Shown here: positions 25,754-39,916 of the stretch, piece by piece
Layout: each line of letters starts with the position of its first letter
Position numbering within the stretch: position 1 is the stretch's first letter
Source of the DNA: Phallusia mammillata
Lineage: Eukaryota
DNA length: 64,000 bases
Direction of reading: 5' to 3'
Assembly: GCA_965637545.1 (NCBI GenBank)
Contig: OZ281495.1
Span: 24,056,001 to 24,120,000, forward strand
The notes under the pieces: generated by a model
What the model was told of the DNA's origin: nothing
Databases searched by the model: none
The model's input: only the letters and a program-made list of their open reading frames with translations
Position numbers and translations under genes: made by a program

Positions 25754-28700
25754 ATGGCTGCGGAAGCAACACAGCCGCCTTCATTGACTGACACAACGGA
25801 ACATCCGCTTGACCCAGGGTAAGGTCATCTCTATGAACTTCCATGCTATCTTCATTACCCTAAAAAAGCTAAGTGCTCAATACATAGGTCTGCTTTAAGA
25901 TTCATCTTAAATATATTGGAGCACTCCTTGAGCCTTGCCAATGTTTTGATATGTGTTGAAGTTTGCACAATAATATTTTAGCCAGTTTTACGATCAACGG
26001 GAGCTAAAACGCATCTTATGAATCTGCGAGGTCACTTTAGGGCAGTTTAGAAACTGTTCAACCTAGTTTTCCAACATTTTATCGTTTGCTTTGCAGGAAA
26101 ATGTTTATCGGGGGTCTGAGTTGGCAAACAACGGCTGGTAAGTTTCAAAATGCACGATTTGGTAATAAAAACGTTAAGGTGAAAAATTACAATAAATATG
26201 GTTGGGTGTTACTTGTGACGTCACCTTCCAAATCTCCCTACGATAAGTGTTAACTGCGTGGTATGCAGCTTTATTTGGGATTTACTTTGCCAAGGTTGTT
26301 TGTTCAAATTGTTTGGGTGAGAAGTAGCCACCATGTTTGAATTGAAAGTTTTCTTTCCGAATCCCACTCTATATCTAAAACGAACTGAAATCAGTATTCA
26401 GTCATAGGCATTTGTATCACCATGGTTGTTCATAAGTTTTTGGTCTCTCGAACATTCAAGCTTTTCTGCTCGGCTTCGATGCGTGTTTGTATTGTGCAGA
26501 TGGCCTGAAAGAGTACTTCAGTCGATTCGGAGAGGTATCTGACGCTATGGTGATGCGAGACCCGGCCACTAAGCGCTCCAGGTGTGTATTTAACTCGCGT
26601 TGTATTTCTGTTTTCGCGTCCGTGCTCGTGGGGTCACATCCGTGTTTCGAATGCCCTCGAAAACGAGTTAAGCCCAACTTAAGCCCTCCTTGTTGCATCG
26701 ACGTATGGGTTATCTCTCTGTAGGAAACGATTCTGCGATATTAAAACAACTGTTATAAGTCATGTACAGCTGTGTTATTTTCTAACGCTGTTGTGTTGGC
26801 TTATTTCATGGGTTATCTATGTTTGGCATGCCAAATCAATTATGGTTCGTCCCTAACAAGAAAAAATGCCTCCAAAAAGCTTATAACCTCCTTTATCCTT
26901 CACTAAAATAATAGTCAACGTCAACATATAGGGATGAAGTCAATAGTCGCAAATGGTGTACAAGTCGACGTAAGATGTTTTAATTACATTGGCGGTTCCT
27001 TGGGATACGTCAGAGCTGTTAGTCGGGCCGGGTTTTTCCAGTTGGGTTCGGGCTTAATTTGAATACAACATGCTTGATTTTGGCCTGACTTCACATCAGC
27101 CACATTAGTTATTTTACTTTGTTAAATCTAAATTCAGGCTTTATTTTTCGAAATCAAGTTCGGGCTTAAGTTTCTGACCACTTACATTTCTGAGACACGC
27201 AAGTCAGAAATAATATCACATGCGGTTAATAAGCCGCGGGATTACCCTAGTTTTACTTATTCCTTGTATCACTGTTATTTTTTTATTTTATTCAACTGTT
27301 TACCAACATGTTTTACCCAAACCAATAGTTTTGCAACCCGCCTAGCACAACTTTTAAAGTTTGACTGTAGTAACCACTATCTTGGACTTTTTTGTTAATA
27401 ATAGCGTAAGATTTTTATAATATAATGAGTTTTAAAGCGTACTAGGACGATTTCGTTTTCACTTAATACCGCTAGACGGTGCTATAGAGCCCTAAATAAC
27501 TGGCCTTTGCTCAAATGTGCCCCGACAAACGCATTGTGGCGGTTTGTCGCTTATCCTGACCTTGATAATCGCTGCGAAGGCGTGTTGTTTATTCACCATA
27601 CAACAGAGGATTCGGATTCGTGACTTACAACGACGCGAAAGACGTGGATAAAGTGTTGCGCAACGGACAGCATACCCTCGACCAGAAAGAGGTGAGACGA
27701 AATATGCGAAAACTTTAATCCACCTTGGATTGCGGAACTTTTTATGAAAGTGTAGGGATATAAATAGACACCACCCGTAACAAAAGTAGGGTTTATTGTT
27801 TGGCTAATTAGAAGCGACAAAATGCAAATCCGAGCAGCGTTTGTTCTCATTCGGGTTTATGGGGAGATGACGCTGCAAGTCATTGTGGCTGTAAACTATA
27901 TATTAACTCATCTGCAATATTTGTTCTTTTTATATAGGGTATGGATTCTATGTCCCTTATGTAACGGCTGCTGCCATAGTATCTTTGAATAATTTTCTAT
28001 ACTTGATCCGGGTGCCTATCAGGACTTATGGGAGTCGTTTTAAGTCAAGTTGTGCATACATAACAGTAGAAATGTAAACTCAGCGTTGAACACGTGTATC
28101 CGCGTTGTCAAAAGTCCACTGCGATAAGGTTGGCACGGCCTAAACACAATGCAGCAAAATGTGCCTTGCTGAAAACCTGAAAAAAAACTTTTGTAGTGAG
28201 ACGGAGTAGGGCACATCCAAAGTCAATAAGTCTCGTATCGTTTGTTCAAACTATAAGACTCAAGTCCAACCAAAAACAAATAGACCTTTTTGTACGATAA
28301 CGTCGCCGTCGCAGGTTTATGCCACGTCGGTGAATTTATAGGCGAGGAAGTCCTTGTGTTATATTGTTGTGGCGTTTTGTATAGTCAACTTCTTCGTACT
28401 TTTGTTTCAGATCGATCCGAAGGTCGCCATCCCTCGCAAAGTTCAAACGAAGGTAAGCCTAGTTGACCTAGGCCATAACTTTTGTGGTTTCGCGCTAAAC
28501 CCCGCAAACAAACCGTTGGGTTTCCACGACACTAATCAACATTGCGTGCGACACACGACACTTTTACTGCTGACTTGTATCAGTGATCCAAGGGCTTTAG
28601 GCAAACACACTACTATCATCAAAATTGTCTCATTAATTTCTTTGAACTTCACATCACATCTTAAAATGTCCAGTTTCCACAAAAGATTTTTAAAAATACA

Positions 28701-31700
28701 CGCCCAACATTGGACTCGGATGGCCTCACCGTAGGCGCATAAAATTGCAGTAAAACTGACATTTTCCCAAGTATCACATACCAACGGTCTAAAGTTAAGC
28801 TCGCAGTTTGGAGGCTTCGGGGAACTGGGAGAAAAGTGGGTTCGCGCATGGTTTGGGTCTGCACCTGCGATGCCCCCGCCCTCTCCTAATAACGCTTCAG
28901 TATTCCGGGTTGACAGAAATAGGTTGTTTCTTGTCGTCGGTCGAGGACTGTGCAAAGTTTGCTCATGAATGGGGCGTGCCGTGTCTTTTCTTCAACTGTC
29001 GCGCTCAATCCAGCAAACCCCATTTTCCGTTCCTTTCATGCTATTTACCCTGGCGGCGACGCTGGAGTGGACCCGAAAATCTTTTCTTATCGAGACTCCA
29101 TCCAGTGCGCGGCCGCACCCGCCCTCCACGCAGCTTTCCTTTTGTGTGGCGAGGGGCGCTCGACAAAGGCCATAAAGAGAGACTGCGCGAGAGAGTCGGT
29201 GTTTGAATAGGTCTGATATGAATGGTGCGCCCGTTATTATTGCCACGCCGTGAAGTGCTAGTTTGCCAGTACACGTCAGCCATACCTTGGTAGCGCAGGG
29301 CCGGTTGGCAACACAGAAAGTGCTACAAGCATAGCGGTGAGCAGAAGTTCCCACGTTCTGAGAATACGCGAGTAAAAGACATCCAGATTTTGTTTGGGAA
29401 AGCACAGGCTAGCCATGACACGAAACGAAGGCAATGCAGCTTGAGTTTGAGCAGATAATTCGCGGCTGTGGAACCAATTCGAGTTAACGCCCCGGATAAA
29501 ACTGAATTCCTTTCAAAGGATTCCGTTTTATTTATCGCTGGTGAACGAAGCGTGACGTTTGGTTGGTGATATTGGCAGTTGGTTCAGCAGCCATGTTGCG
29601 TTATGTGGGATAAAAACAAGAGTTTGATGGAATGCTCAATGCAGACAAAGATTTCTCGATCTCCGACGAAACCGCGAATCTCGCACGATTTTATTAAGTT
29701 GCGGTTTGATAGCAGTGTGTGAAAGCCACCGCGCTTTGACCTTACGATGCAAAACTGTTTTAACAAAGCCTGGAAGGCGGTTTGGTCTATAGGTGCACCA
29801 TGCAAATTCGCGAGAAGCAGCATAAGGTCGAAGCAGTAGAGTAAAAATGCAGTGTGAAGTATTAAGTTAAGTACGTAGTAAAGTTGAAGCGGGCCTTCCC
29901 GTAAATGTTAACGCTTAAATGCGCGTCTAAATACGTTTCCGCAGTCAAAAGCTCGACGACTGTTATTAAGAGATAAGGGCGGTCATTGCTTGGCAGTACG
30001 CGTAACGCCAGCCCCGTCGTTTTGGTCAACTTCATTCGTCAAGCAACGTCGACACTCGCCGTTCGAAAGTGACTTCGTCATTATCCTCAAGCCTTTGGCA
30101 GACCCGGGGTTTTGAGTTACTCTCGCGACAGGGCGCCACTTGTCAGCACGTTAGTCACCAGGATGCGTTGTCTGATTCGCTTGTTGGACAGCCTTTGTGT
30201 TTTTGGGGTGTAGTAAGTGCGGACAGTGGGTAAGGCACGTGGGTTGGGTCCTAGCACCTTTATGTTACTGAGTCGGCCTCTCGGTCATGCGTTTCCATCC
30301 AAAAGTAACGTTATTGCAAATATGCGAGAATCAAGGTTTCTTAAATCAGTCACGCGTAGAAGAATCAGTCGTCGGATCATTTACCGTATCACCCCGCGTG
30401 TTTGTAGTGTCAAATCGGCGAGTTGTTCAAGTATGTATCAAAGCATCAGGCGACAAAGATCGTTAAGTCCTCGTTAGGGTTTAGAATCGCGCAACCACAG
30501 AGTTTAGTGAGATTTCTGCTAGTAAGAACATTTGACCGTATAGAAGTGGAACATATATATACACTGAAGAAGGTCCAACGGTCGTGTATGGTTGTTGTTT
30601 TGCTTGAGTTAGCGTAAAAGACAAACGCCTTATAACCAGAGCCCCACCCGTGCTGGAGTTTAGTTGTCAAGAGGAGAGTTCGTGGACACAGAATAGTCAG
30701 TAATGTTGGCGAACGGAAACTTTGTCTGCAAAGATGCTTACGCCTGACAGTAGCTCAGACGAATTTTAAATCGAGTCTTGTCAAAGGTGGTGATTAAGCC
30801 ATGCATAAACCGCCGCGAGTATCAAGGTTTTAGTTTTGCTTTTGTTTCACTGCTTCTGTTCATGCACATGTCAGATGCGACAGCAAGTGCAAGTGGGTGA
30901 AGACTTGTGTTGTCGCCAGTAGAATGCCTTGGGCGCTGGCTCGCTCGCTTTCTGTACAAGGTGATATTCAATACACTCTTAAAATGAACAGTCACGGCTG
31001 TACCAATGAGTCTCTCGCTTCTGTTTGACAGGCATTGCCCCGTTGATGTAGTTGGAGTCACGTAGTTGTGTAGTTTGGTGTGCAACCTGTTGCGGCGGTA
31101 GCGTCCAAAGTTCTGTATAGATTCAGGTAGATTTTTATCCCTCTGTCTGCGCATTGTTTCTGTGTGAAGCCAAGCAGCCAAGAAGAGAGCAGACGGCAAG
31201 ATTAAGGTACGCATGGTGCCTTCTACCAATAACCTATCCCTTGAGTTTTTTTGAATTGGCATTGGAGCGTAGCCCGGCGGTTGGCAACTAAACGTGACGT
31301 TAGTTATAAAATTTTGGTGTTTGCCCAAAGTCAAATGCTCTGTTTGTCTTTAAGGCAAGTTTTCAGGGTACGATAAAGGTCCAGTGCATGGAATGGTAAA
31401 CGGGTAAAAAACAAATAATTCTATAGTCCCATTTCCTCTTGGCCATTGTCGCTAACAATCGTCAATAAATCAAGCGATGGGAAATATGCGCCTGGTTTAA
31501 AAGCTTTGCGCGAATAGAGAGCAGTAAAAGAGGTCGGCGAATCCACGTCGCTTTGTCTTGGAGCAAGGGCGGTCGGTTGTCAAACAGGAAACTTTCTTTG
31601 AATGTGGTGCAATGCGAGATACAAGCAACTAGCTCGTGTTCCGCCTCTGCTTGTCCGAAACAAAAAACTTCCAGCACTGGTTCTGTGATTTTCGCCACTT

Positions 31701-34700
31701 TGGTTACAAGACACCTGTTGACGTCACAGCGCGGTGAAACGCCACCAACCGAGGCCCTCTATCTATCGGTTGGTGATGTCATAGTCATGCGCATCATATA
31801 ACACCTAATAATGTTCGTTTCTGGGGATAAAACGCTCCGAGCCATCCACAAAAATGCCCGAGTCCTTTCGACGTAATTACACTCCACATAAGAGTGGCCG
31901 ATTACTAATGGACAGGTGACGCACAGGGGGTGACGTAGCGACATGCAAATTACGAATTGCGGTTGAAGGAAGCGCTCGAGACCAAAGCGGTGACAACCAA
32001 TCCGCTCCCGGGTCCCAACCAATGAAAATTGGCACGTTCGCATCAATGCCTTTCGGGATTGTGCTTCATTGCGTATAAGCATAGTGCGGACCACAGTAAC
32101 ACGTTAAATGCGAAAAATCTAGATAGAATATTCTAATATGGTGTTGATAACATAATAAACAGGTTTTTTTTCTTCTTGTAGATGGTTACAAGGACAAAGA
32201 AAATTTTCGTCGGGGGCCTTTCTGCAAACACCGTTGTTGAAGACCTCAAAGCGTACTTCGGCACATATGGCAAGGTGAGTAGAACAAGTCGACGCATTCT
32301 GGTTAAAATGCGGTAATTTACGAACTATAGGGTCATTGAAGGCTTTATGTGCATACATGAGGTTAATTTGTCAATTTCCGTTAGCTGTTTTGTTACAAGT
32401 GAATTAGTGAAAAGGTTTTTTCAGTTCGTGATCGCAAATGCGGATATAATCGGCTCGACTAAATAGCACAGCTACCAGTGTTACCGCGACTAACGATCGT
32501 TGGAACGTCGCCGTTTCCACCGCGACACCTATAAAAACAAGTTGATTCAGCAACGGCTTCGCGTGATCGCTTTAATATTGTACCGAATGCCGATATCAAC
32601 TGTAATGAACGGCGTTTCTCTGTGTTTAGAGCAAAACTCACCTATTGTATTCTGTAATCCATTCGTAAATAATTTAATCACGCGCCTTTGTCGCGTTTTG
32701 CTTCGCGGCCCAGCAGCATATTCATGCGTTGTCCGGTTCGATTGCGAAGCTTTGTGGAAATAAAAGCAAGACTTTTGTATGAATATGACGTCAGGGTATT
32801 GTTCCCCGGCCCAACGGACGGTATATTTTAACGCGTGCCGCCTGAAGCAGCGTATAGATCTTTGGTATTTACGTCCCGCTTCTAGACAATGCGAGTTGAT
32901 GATAATCTGTTATCAACGTCAATTCGATGATGTCAAGTTTACTTTCAGCGCCAAACAAAAGTCAGTCAGAACAAAAATGCAACGAATGTGGTCACGTGAG
33001 CGGCCGAATCAGCAACCGCAAGTTCCCTCCGGCAATTTGCGACAATTTCATGGCAGGATCTGATCCGAGTTCACCCTGTCATTGAGGCGCTTGTTTTTAT
33101 CAGTCACGTGGGCTGTCACGCATTTATGAACGCGCGTGCTTTAAACGAGGCTCGGTGTGCGTCCAGAAATTTTTGTGGCATTTTGCTGGTGTTCTATGTC
33201 GTGATATGCCGCATTAGTAACATGATTCTGGCGCTTTGGGCGCTGGCGATGTAAGGGATTCTTCGTCAACCATTCAACGCTTTATATTCACGAACTTATG
33301 CGCTGCTGAGAGTTCCCGAAGCAGATTCATGGTTAGTCATGAACGAATTCTTTAACAGTGGTTGCTATTTTTAGGTTGAAGACGCCATGCTGATGTTCGA
33401 CAAGCAGACGAACCGCCATCGAGGTTGGTAATTCCACATGCTTTAGAAATCTTGCCCTTCTCATTAGTGACCTTGCGCCACGTTGGGCAGCGTTTGTCAA
33501 AATCCTTTTGTGACTCTGTAGGGGTTTAACAGCAAGGCCTTGAAAGGATTGGTGCACAGCGCAGCACACACGTAAGTGGGGACACCGTAGCCAACCGTAG
33601 CTAGCCGAGTTTTTTTGTTACGTTTTTGAGTCGGTCCTGGCAGTTGTAGACCATGTAACAACCCCTAGTTTCACCAGAGTTCAAGAGTAGCCCTGGCCTC
33701 ACGCGACGCAAGCCTCTGAACAACACACGGTTGCATAAAACAGCTCAAAAACAACCCGTGATCTTTGAAAACCAAAATGTTAACTTCGTAAGCGTCGAAA
33801 TGTCATCTAATTCTGTAACCTTGATTCGATAGTTGTGTAAACAAGACAGCTTTTACGATATGCGATTTGGCCGCCTCTAAGTCTTGCGAAGATAGATTAT
33901 TTCTGACGCAAAGAAAAGGATTGTGGCGAAATTCATTCCACTTGGTTTTGTAACCGATGTGTTGTGTTGAAGGAGGATGTGTCGCGCTGGCTGTAATACG
34001 ACTGCTTATACCCAGTTTGATTGTTGTGTATTCGGCCAGCGTTGCTGAATAGAATGAATAGCGTACACACGGCCGATTTTGATTTACAGTTAGATCTAAT
34101 AAACACCGTTTGACGTGGGTTCTTAGCTTTAGAAATGATTAGTCATTTAGTTTTTTTTGTGTTGTTCTCAAACCGAGGCCTATTTTTGTGTTGTTTATCT
34201 CCCAAATCAAATTACCTCATACTTAACCAATGATATTCCATCTTGACCATAAGCTTTTTTTCCGCTCCTCGGGCTGTACTCACACGCACAATTAGCATCA
34301 GTTTTTGTTGTGTGTCGTATAACCTAGCAGCTTGGTAATTCTTAGTATTAGAGATGTTAGCTCGAATTTTATTGCCCACCATTAGTGTGTACTGTGTGCC
34401 ACGAAACATAGTTCTTAGCCTGGCAATCCTCACAGCAATTTGAACTTCGGTTGCCTAGCTTCAACACGTAATTATACTGCTGTGCACGTACTTGTGTGTG
34501 GTGCTTTTCAGCGCTTGAAATGATTAATGTTAACCTAGTGACATGGTGGTGTTGAAAAGGCGTATACGCCTATGTTGGTTTAACCGGTATAAAGAAACAC
34601 CTGTGACGCAGGTTATCGTCAACTCCCACGTTTCAACTGTTTCTATATCAAACACAGACAAATAACAGTGCTCCTGGTAGACGAGCCCGAACACGACTAC

Positions 34701-37700
34701 CAATAATTGGTGACTTTTGTGTTTTTAACAATGGGGGGTTGCTAGCCGTCCGGGTACTTTAGCCACCGCGTTGCGACGGTTATTGTGTCCGTGCTATGTG
34801 AAAGGATCGACGATATAATCAACTCTCCTTTCTACTTACCTATACCCGTTACAATAAAGGCGTATAATAGAGTCAGTAATAACACAGCGCTGCATTAATG
34901 GCGACGAGCCAACAATAGTCTTGTTTTTGAGCTTGCCCGGTAACTGTTGGCAACTGTACAATGTTGGTTAGAAAATCGATTCAGGAGCTCGACTAACTCC
35001 TAATATAGCGCCGGGCAAGTTTGTTTAAGGTTGTGGGAAGCTTTTACGCGCAGACCCTCGTACCGGTGAGCACTACTTGTCGTGAATTGCCTCGCGATAC
35101 TTAACCCAGTGTTGGGGAAGGACAAGAGCCCTCCAGCAGCGCCGGGAGCCGTTGCGCGCGCCCAGCCTGTTATTTGTTCAAAGTTGCGTAAACGTTTTCC
35201 GCCCAAGCGCTCGCAACAGTGTTCGACAACGAGTAAAAACGAGTAATTTGGTTCGCCCGAGTACTGCTCCGGTTTTTCTGGAGTGGACTCGAGCGGACAG
35301 CTGCAAGCTTACAAGCATCGCCTCTTGACGTCACCAAGCACCGCGTCACTACCTCGAAATCGATTGTACAGTTCTGTTTCGTATTATTACGCCGCAATGG
35401 ATTGTTTCAGTTTTTGCGATGCCACGTGTACAAGGCGAGAGGTCTCAATCTGTTTCTATTGATTTCCTTCGAAAGCAACTTAAATCTAAACACGCCAGCT
35501 TTATAAGCCAAGTGCGCCCCTACCAGATGATTGCACTGGATAGTGGTTAATTCATTACAAATCAATATCGCAAAATTGTTAACTTGTGATTGTGTGCGAT
35601 TTATTGGGTCGCCTGTGAAAAATTGATTGTTTTATTCTAAAAATAGATGAGGTCTACAAACAAAAAATTCAGCTGGTTCAACCCACGTAATGATTTCCGT
35701 GCTTCACTTACGCAAGTGCCAATTAGCAAGAAATAGGCCCAATCACGGTTAAGGTATATCAAACAAACGCAGGCACCGTATCGCGTTATTTCGTCGGCGG
35801 GTCTTACAATTAACACCTGTCGACTCAGTCGGCAAAGCAACGGGCAGCCTAAAAAACTCTCCTTACGCAAAGACAAAAGGCGTTGCCTGACGACAAATCG
35901 AATCGTACACGGGCAAATTCACTAGCGGAAACGGCTTAACCGGATAATTGCTCGTAATGATTGGGGACGACGGGAAGGCTCGTCGGTGCGTTTGGCCTTG
36001 ATGTGTCGGAAATAAGAGACTGATTATTATGTTCGTGGTAACCTCGCACCGTTCGACGTTGGTGCTTGTAACTGGCATTTATACCCGAAGTGCGACTGCA
36101 ACTTCCTATCAACGGCGGACTTATAATGGCAGTTAACCAACGTCGTTAACCTTACGACATTGTGTTACAAAATTAGTATCACACTTCGTAACTACATCAC
36201 GTAAACTGCGGCAATTACGTTTACCGTTTTAATACGCAAATCTCTTTACACGTATAGGGGCTTGGCTAACGCGTTCACTGCCAAAGTAGTGTTGTGTGAA
36301 TACCTCAAACGCCATTCTGTGGTGATTCCGGTTCCTTTATCCCGGATCTCAGTATCCAAGATAAGCGAAGCGGGGTTGTCTCGACCTGCCTTACCAAACA
36401 ATACCAACGGTAGCAGGGTGTTGATCTAAGGCGGAGGTGAAGCGTTTCCATTCTATTTTGCGATCTATCAAGTTTCACGCTGTACCTTCTTCGGCGCCCG
36501 TTAAACCGCTTTGGCTTTTGAGCAAACATCTCTTTCACAACTCAGGCCGCGTGTCTTCAAAATTCCGTTTTATGAACAATAAATCTCGGAGTGTGACACA
36601 TGCCATTAACGATCGAGCTGCGCTAACGTTTGCAATGTTTTCGGTCTTTGTTTGTGAGGAACGGCCTAGGTCAACCTTCCGACAATTCAACGTATCAGGT
36701 TACGAGTATGCCATTTCAGCTGGCCAAAACTCTTGACTGACATTGGGAATTTACACATTAAAATTCATGGGTCCACATTTAGATGTAAAAGGCTATTATA
36801 TGACTCCCAATGGTCGTGAAATGTAACACTTTCCATTGGGTATGGAAAACGTGTTAGTCTACATTGTTTTTTTCGCAAGGCAAGTTTAAACAAAGAATGT
36901 GCAACTCTTGGCAAATACGAAATGCTTAAAGCACGTTGAAAACGTTATGGGTTGAAGGTCGAAGCTTTATGCTTCAACTGCTGTGAATGTTGGCCAGCGA
37001 CCCGCATGGAAACGCCTCAAACAAGCCACAGTGACGGGGCAATGTGAGCACAATACCTCGCCTTCATCGCAAATTGAAAATCAATCTCTTGCGTGTAGAC
37101 CAACGAACATTGGTGATTAAACGTACCGTGCTTTCAAGTCGAACGGCGCCCGGGACCATTGCTGGCTGTTAAAACACGGATGTCATGTTTGCTCTGTGCC
37201 CGATCATAAAAGGCCCTACGTCAGTAGTGCGCGCGAAGCCATCAAACAGCTACGACGGAAAACAAATTTGTTGAGTAGACCGCCGGGTCGAAGGGGGTTC
37301 TTTCGCCCTGTTCTCGTTTTGTTGCGCATTGCGCGAAATATGTGCCACAAGTGAAATTTCCCCACACACTTGGAATTTCTCAAGCCAAACTTCCAACTTG
37401 CGGCTAGTTTCACTATCTAACTCTGTCCCGATTTGGGAAGTTAAATTGACCTTATCCCAAGCATGGGAGCAGTGTCAGGTGTGACCTCTCTAACGCACTT
37501 ACTTTGTGTTTTAGGATTCGGCTTCGTCACTTTCGATAACGAAGATCCAGTCGAAAAGGTCTGCGACATTCACTTTCATGAAATCAACAACAAAATGGTA
37601 AGTAGCCCTCTCCAAATAAACTCAATATTGTTAACAATAGATTGCGACTGCGCTAGTTGGTGCCGGGGTTAGCCACCAACGACAATGGTGACGGTTACAT

Positions 37701-39916
37701 TCAAATTCACATTGCGCGAACGACAAGGCGTTATAGGTGAGCGCGCTTCCCTTCCGGAATGCCTTTGTTTGCAATTCGCCTTCCATCACAGCAACGGGGT
37801 GTAACATAACTTATTGATTTGCTGCGGTGCTCCAAATAAAACTGCGTTACGCCCTTCTGCCAACAACAACCTCTACACACGCAGATGCATTAAATTGTGA
37901 TTGAGTTGAAATAGTTAAACTGTCGCATATGGAAAACAGCATTTAGCACACACAATGTATAATGTCGGGGCAAGAATGTCCGCTATTTATTACCTTGGTT
38001 TAATAGGTGGTATCGTAAAACATTTAATGGGGATGGGAACGTATACTGGTAACTACATATGTTACCGTCGTGACGTTTTCAGCAGACCTACTTCAAAAGA
38101 AAAAGAATTAAAGGGTCTATGCTTTTGAACATAAATATGTACTTAAATCTAGGCTTTCAGAATCCAAAATCAAAGGCGATATGTACAAATATATATTCCA
38201 GATTAAGTGTTTACAGCTCCAAATGTCCATACAGTTTATACTTCAACAACGTTCCACATTGTCCTCATATCAAATATACAAAGAGGGTAAATTGCTTGAT
38301 TGTGATTCCTTATGCAGGTGGAGTGCAAAAAAGCCCAGCCGAAAGAGGTGATGCTGCCGACCTTGACACGGACGGCGCGAACTAGAAGTTATCCCTACGT
38401 TGACCCCTCGGCTTATGTGTTGGGAATTCCCGGTCTTACGTACGCCAGGCCAGCAACAGCGGGTTACGCCACCTATCCTTCAGCATACGCCTACCCTGGA
38501 GCCCTAAGTAAGTCGATTGATTTGTTTGGGGTGTCGCCAATTTGCTATGAGTTTAAATGCAGCATAGAACCCACGTAGGTGCCGTGTATCATAAACAATA
38601 ACGTGCACTAACATTGCTCGTGCTTGTAGAGAGCGTAACATTGTAGATGGTGCCTAGTTGTCTCACCCTTACTGGTGACTTTGGTGAAAAGTAGCGGCTA
38701 AGAGCACCGGACATAGCAGACAATGCCTTTCGTGGCACTCATTGTTGGTGATTTTGTAATCCCTTTCTAAAGCTGTCGCGACATTTCTTAATCGCCCATT
38801 TGCGGATTAACCCTAATTGGTAATCTGTCGCCGTCCCACTTCGTCCGCTACTTTACAATGTGGCACGTTAAGAACTGGCATTAATCAGCCCTTGTCCGGA
38901 ATGGCCATATCCAAATCCTCCTGTGACAATATGGCGTGTTTGTGCAAGAAAATAGTATCCCCATGTTGCACAAAAAGTTCAAATAAAGAGACTGACTGGA
39001 GTCTTTCTGATCCCAAGGCTTCGTTGATCCGGCCCAGGCGGCCACTGCAGCACAAGGGACGCCAGCGTTCTATCACCCCAACATCGCCCTGGCGCCGTCG
39101 CCAACAACGCATGCCCTCAGCTACCCGCAGGACGCGGCAGCCGCAATGGCGGGTCTTGCTCGGGTCGGTATGGCCATGACGCCTGGAACCCGTTTGGAAA
39201 CGCTAGCGTCCGCAAACCAAGCGGCGGCAGCGGCGTCCGGCCTGCAGCAAGTTCCAGTGTCAGCGACAACCGACTTGAAACGGGATTTTGTAGCTTCAGG
39301 TGCGCTTGCTTCTTGACATCTTTGGTTTATGTGACGCTGATCTATAATTGGTTTGTGTACGGGCTCATTCTTACATAGTTTTGGTGGTGGTGGCAAAGTA
39401 TTGCATAGAATGCATTAACCATGTTTCCTATTGTAATTTGCATGGCGCAGGGATGTACATTAGGTTTGCAACATACACATTGTATCTTGCAAGCGTAGCT
39501 TTACCATCCTACGCACGATCTAAACCGTTTCTGTCTTTTTTGCAGTTCTAAACAGTTATGCTCCTAATGGTGCGATCGCAAGTTACCATCCATCGCCATC
39601 TCCCGGTGCCAGAACCTTGACTGAGGCGACTACTGGTGAACTGATCACTGATCCTGCATTTGCGCAACATCTCATGGGGCAAACCACTTCTCCCCATACA
39701 GGAGTCGCAACGATCCCCGGAGGTCTTGCAGGACACTTTCCATCGGTGAGGACTTGTTTTACTTATATTCCGGACGGTGTGTTGAAACTGGATGCATGAT
39801 TAAGTAAAATTTGAATAGTTTTACCAGTCACAACCAATGTTAGCTTTCGTAGCACATTTTGAACAATATTTTTTTACTTACAGGGTCAGCTGATCGCCGG
39901 TATCTCTTACCCCTAG
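25754..39916 (+). CDS. MSI: Musashi RNA-binding protein (2 RRM), 414 aa. Exons 25754-25818, 26097-26137, 26500-26581, 27607-27691, 28411-28452, 32182-32274, 33375-33423, 37515-37597, 38318-38507, 39018-39299, 39546-39745, 39884-39916.
   Basis: [92 protein letters not shown] and C-terminal GQLIAG are Musashi hallmarks. 1245 nt, all phases consistent. Confidence 0.97.
27011..27192. mobile_element. Decayed MITE, probably the same family as 57359-57529
   Basis: Imperfect TIRs CAGAGCTGTTAG / CTTACATTTCTG, repeated TTCGGGC motifs, and 8-mer flanks matching at 5 of 8 positions. Confidence 0.4.

Noticed and set aside
28808-29405. Overlapping 68-137-aa ORFs in Musashi intron 5
   Set aside because: Open on both strands because of local GC richness; no domain or splice support.
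32896-33065. TGATGA...CTGA as a C/D snoRNA
   Set aside because: Boxes about 165 nt apart with no terminal stem or recognisable guide.
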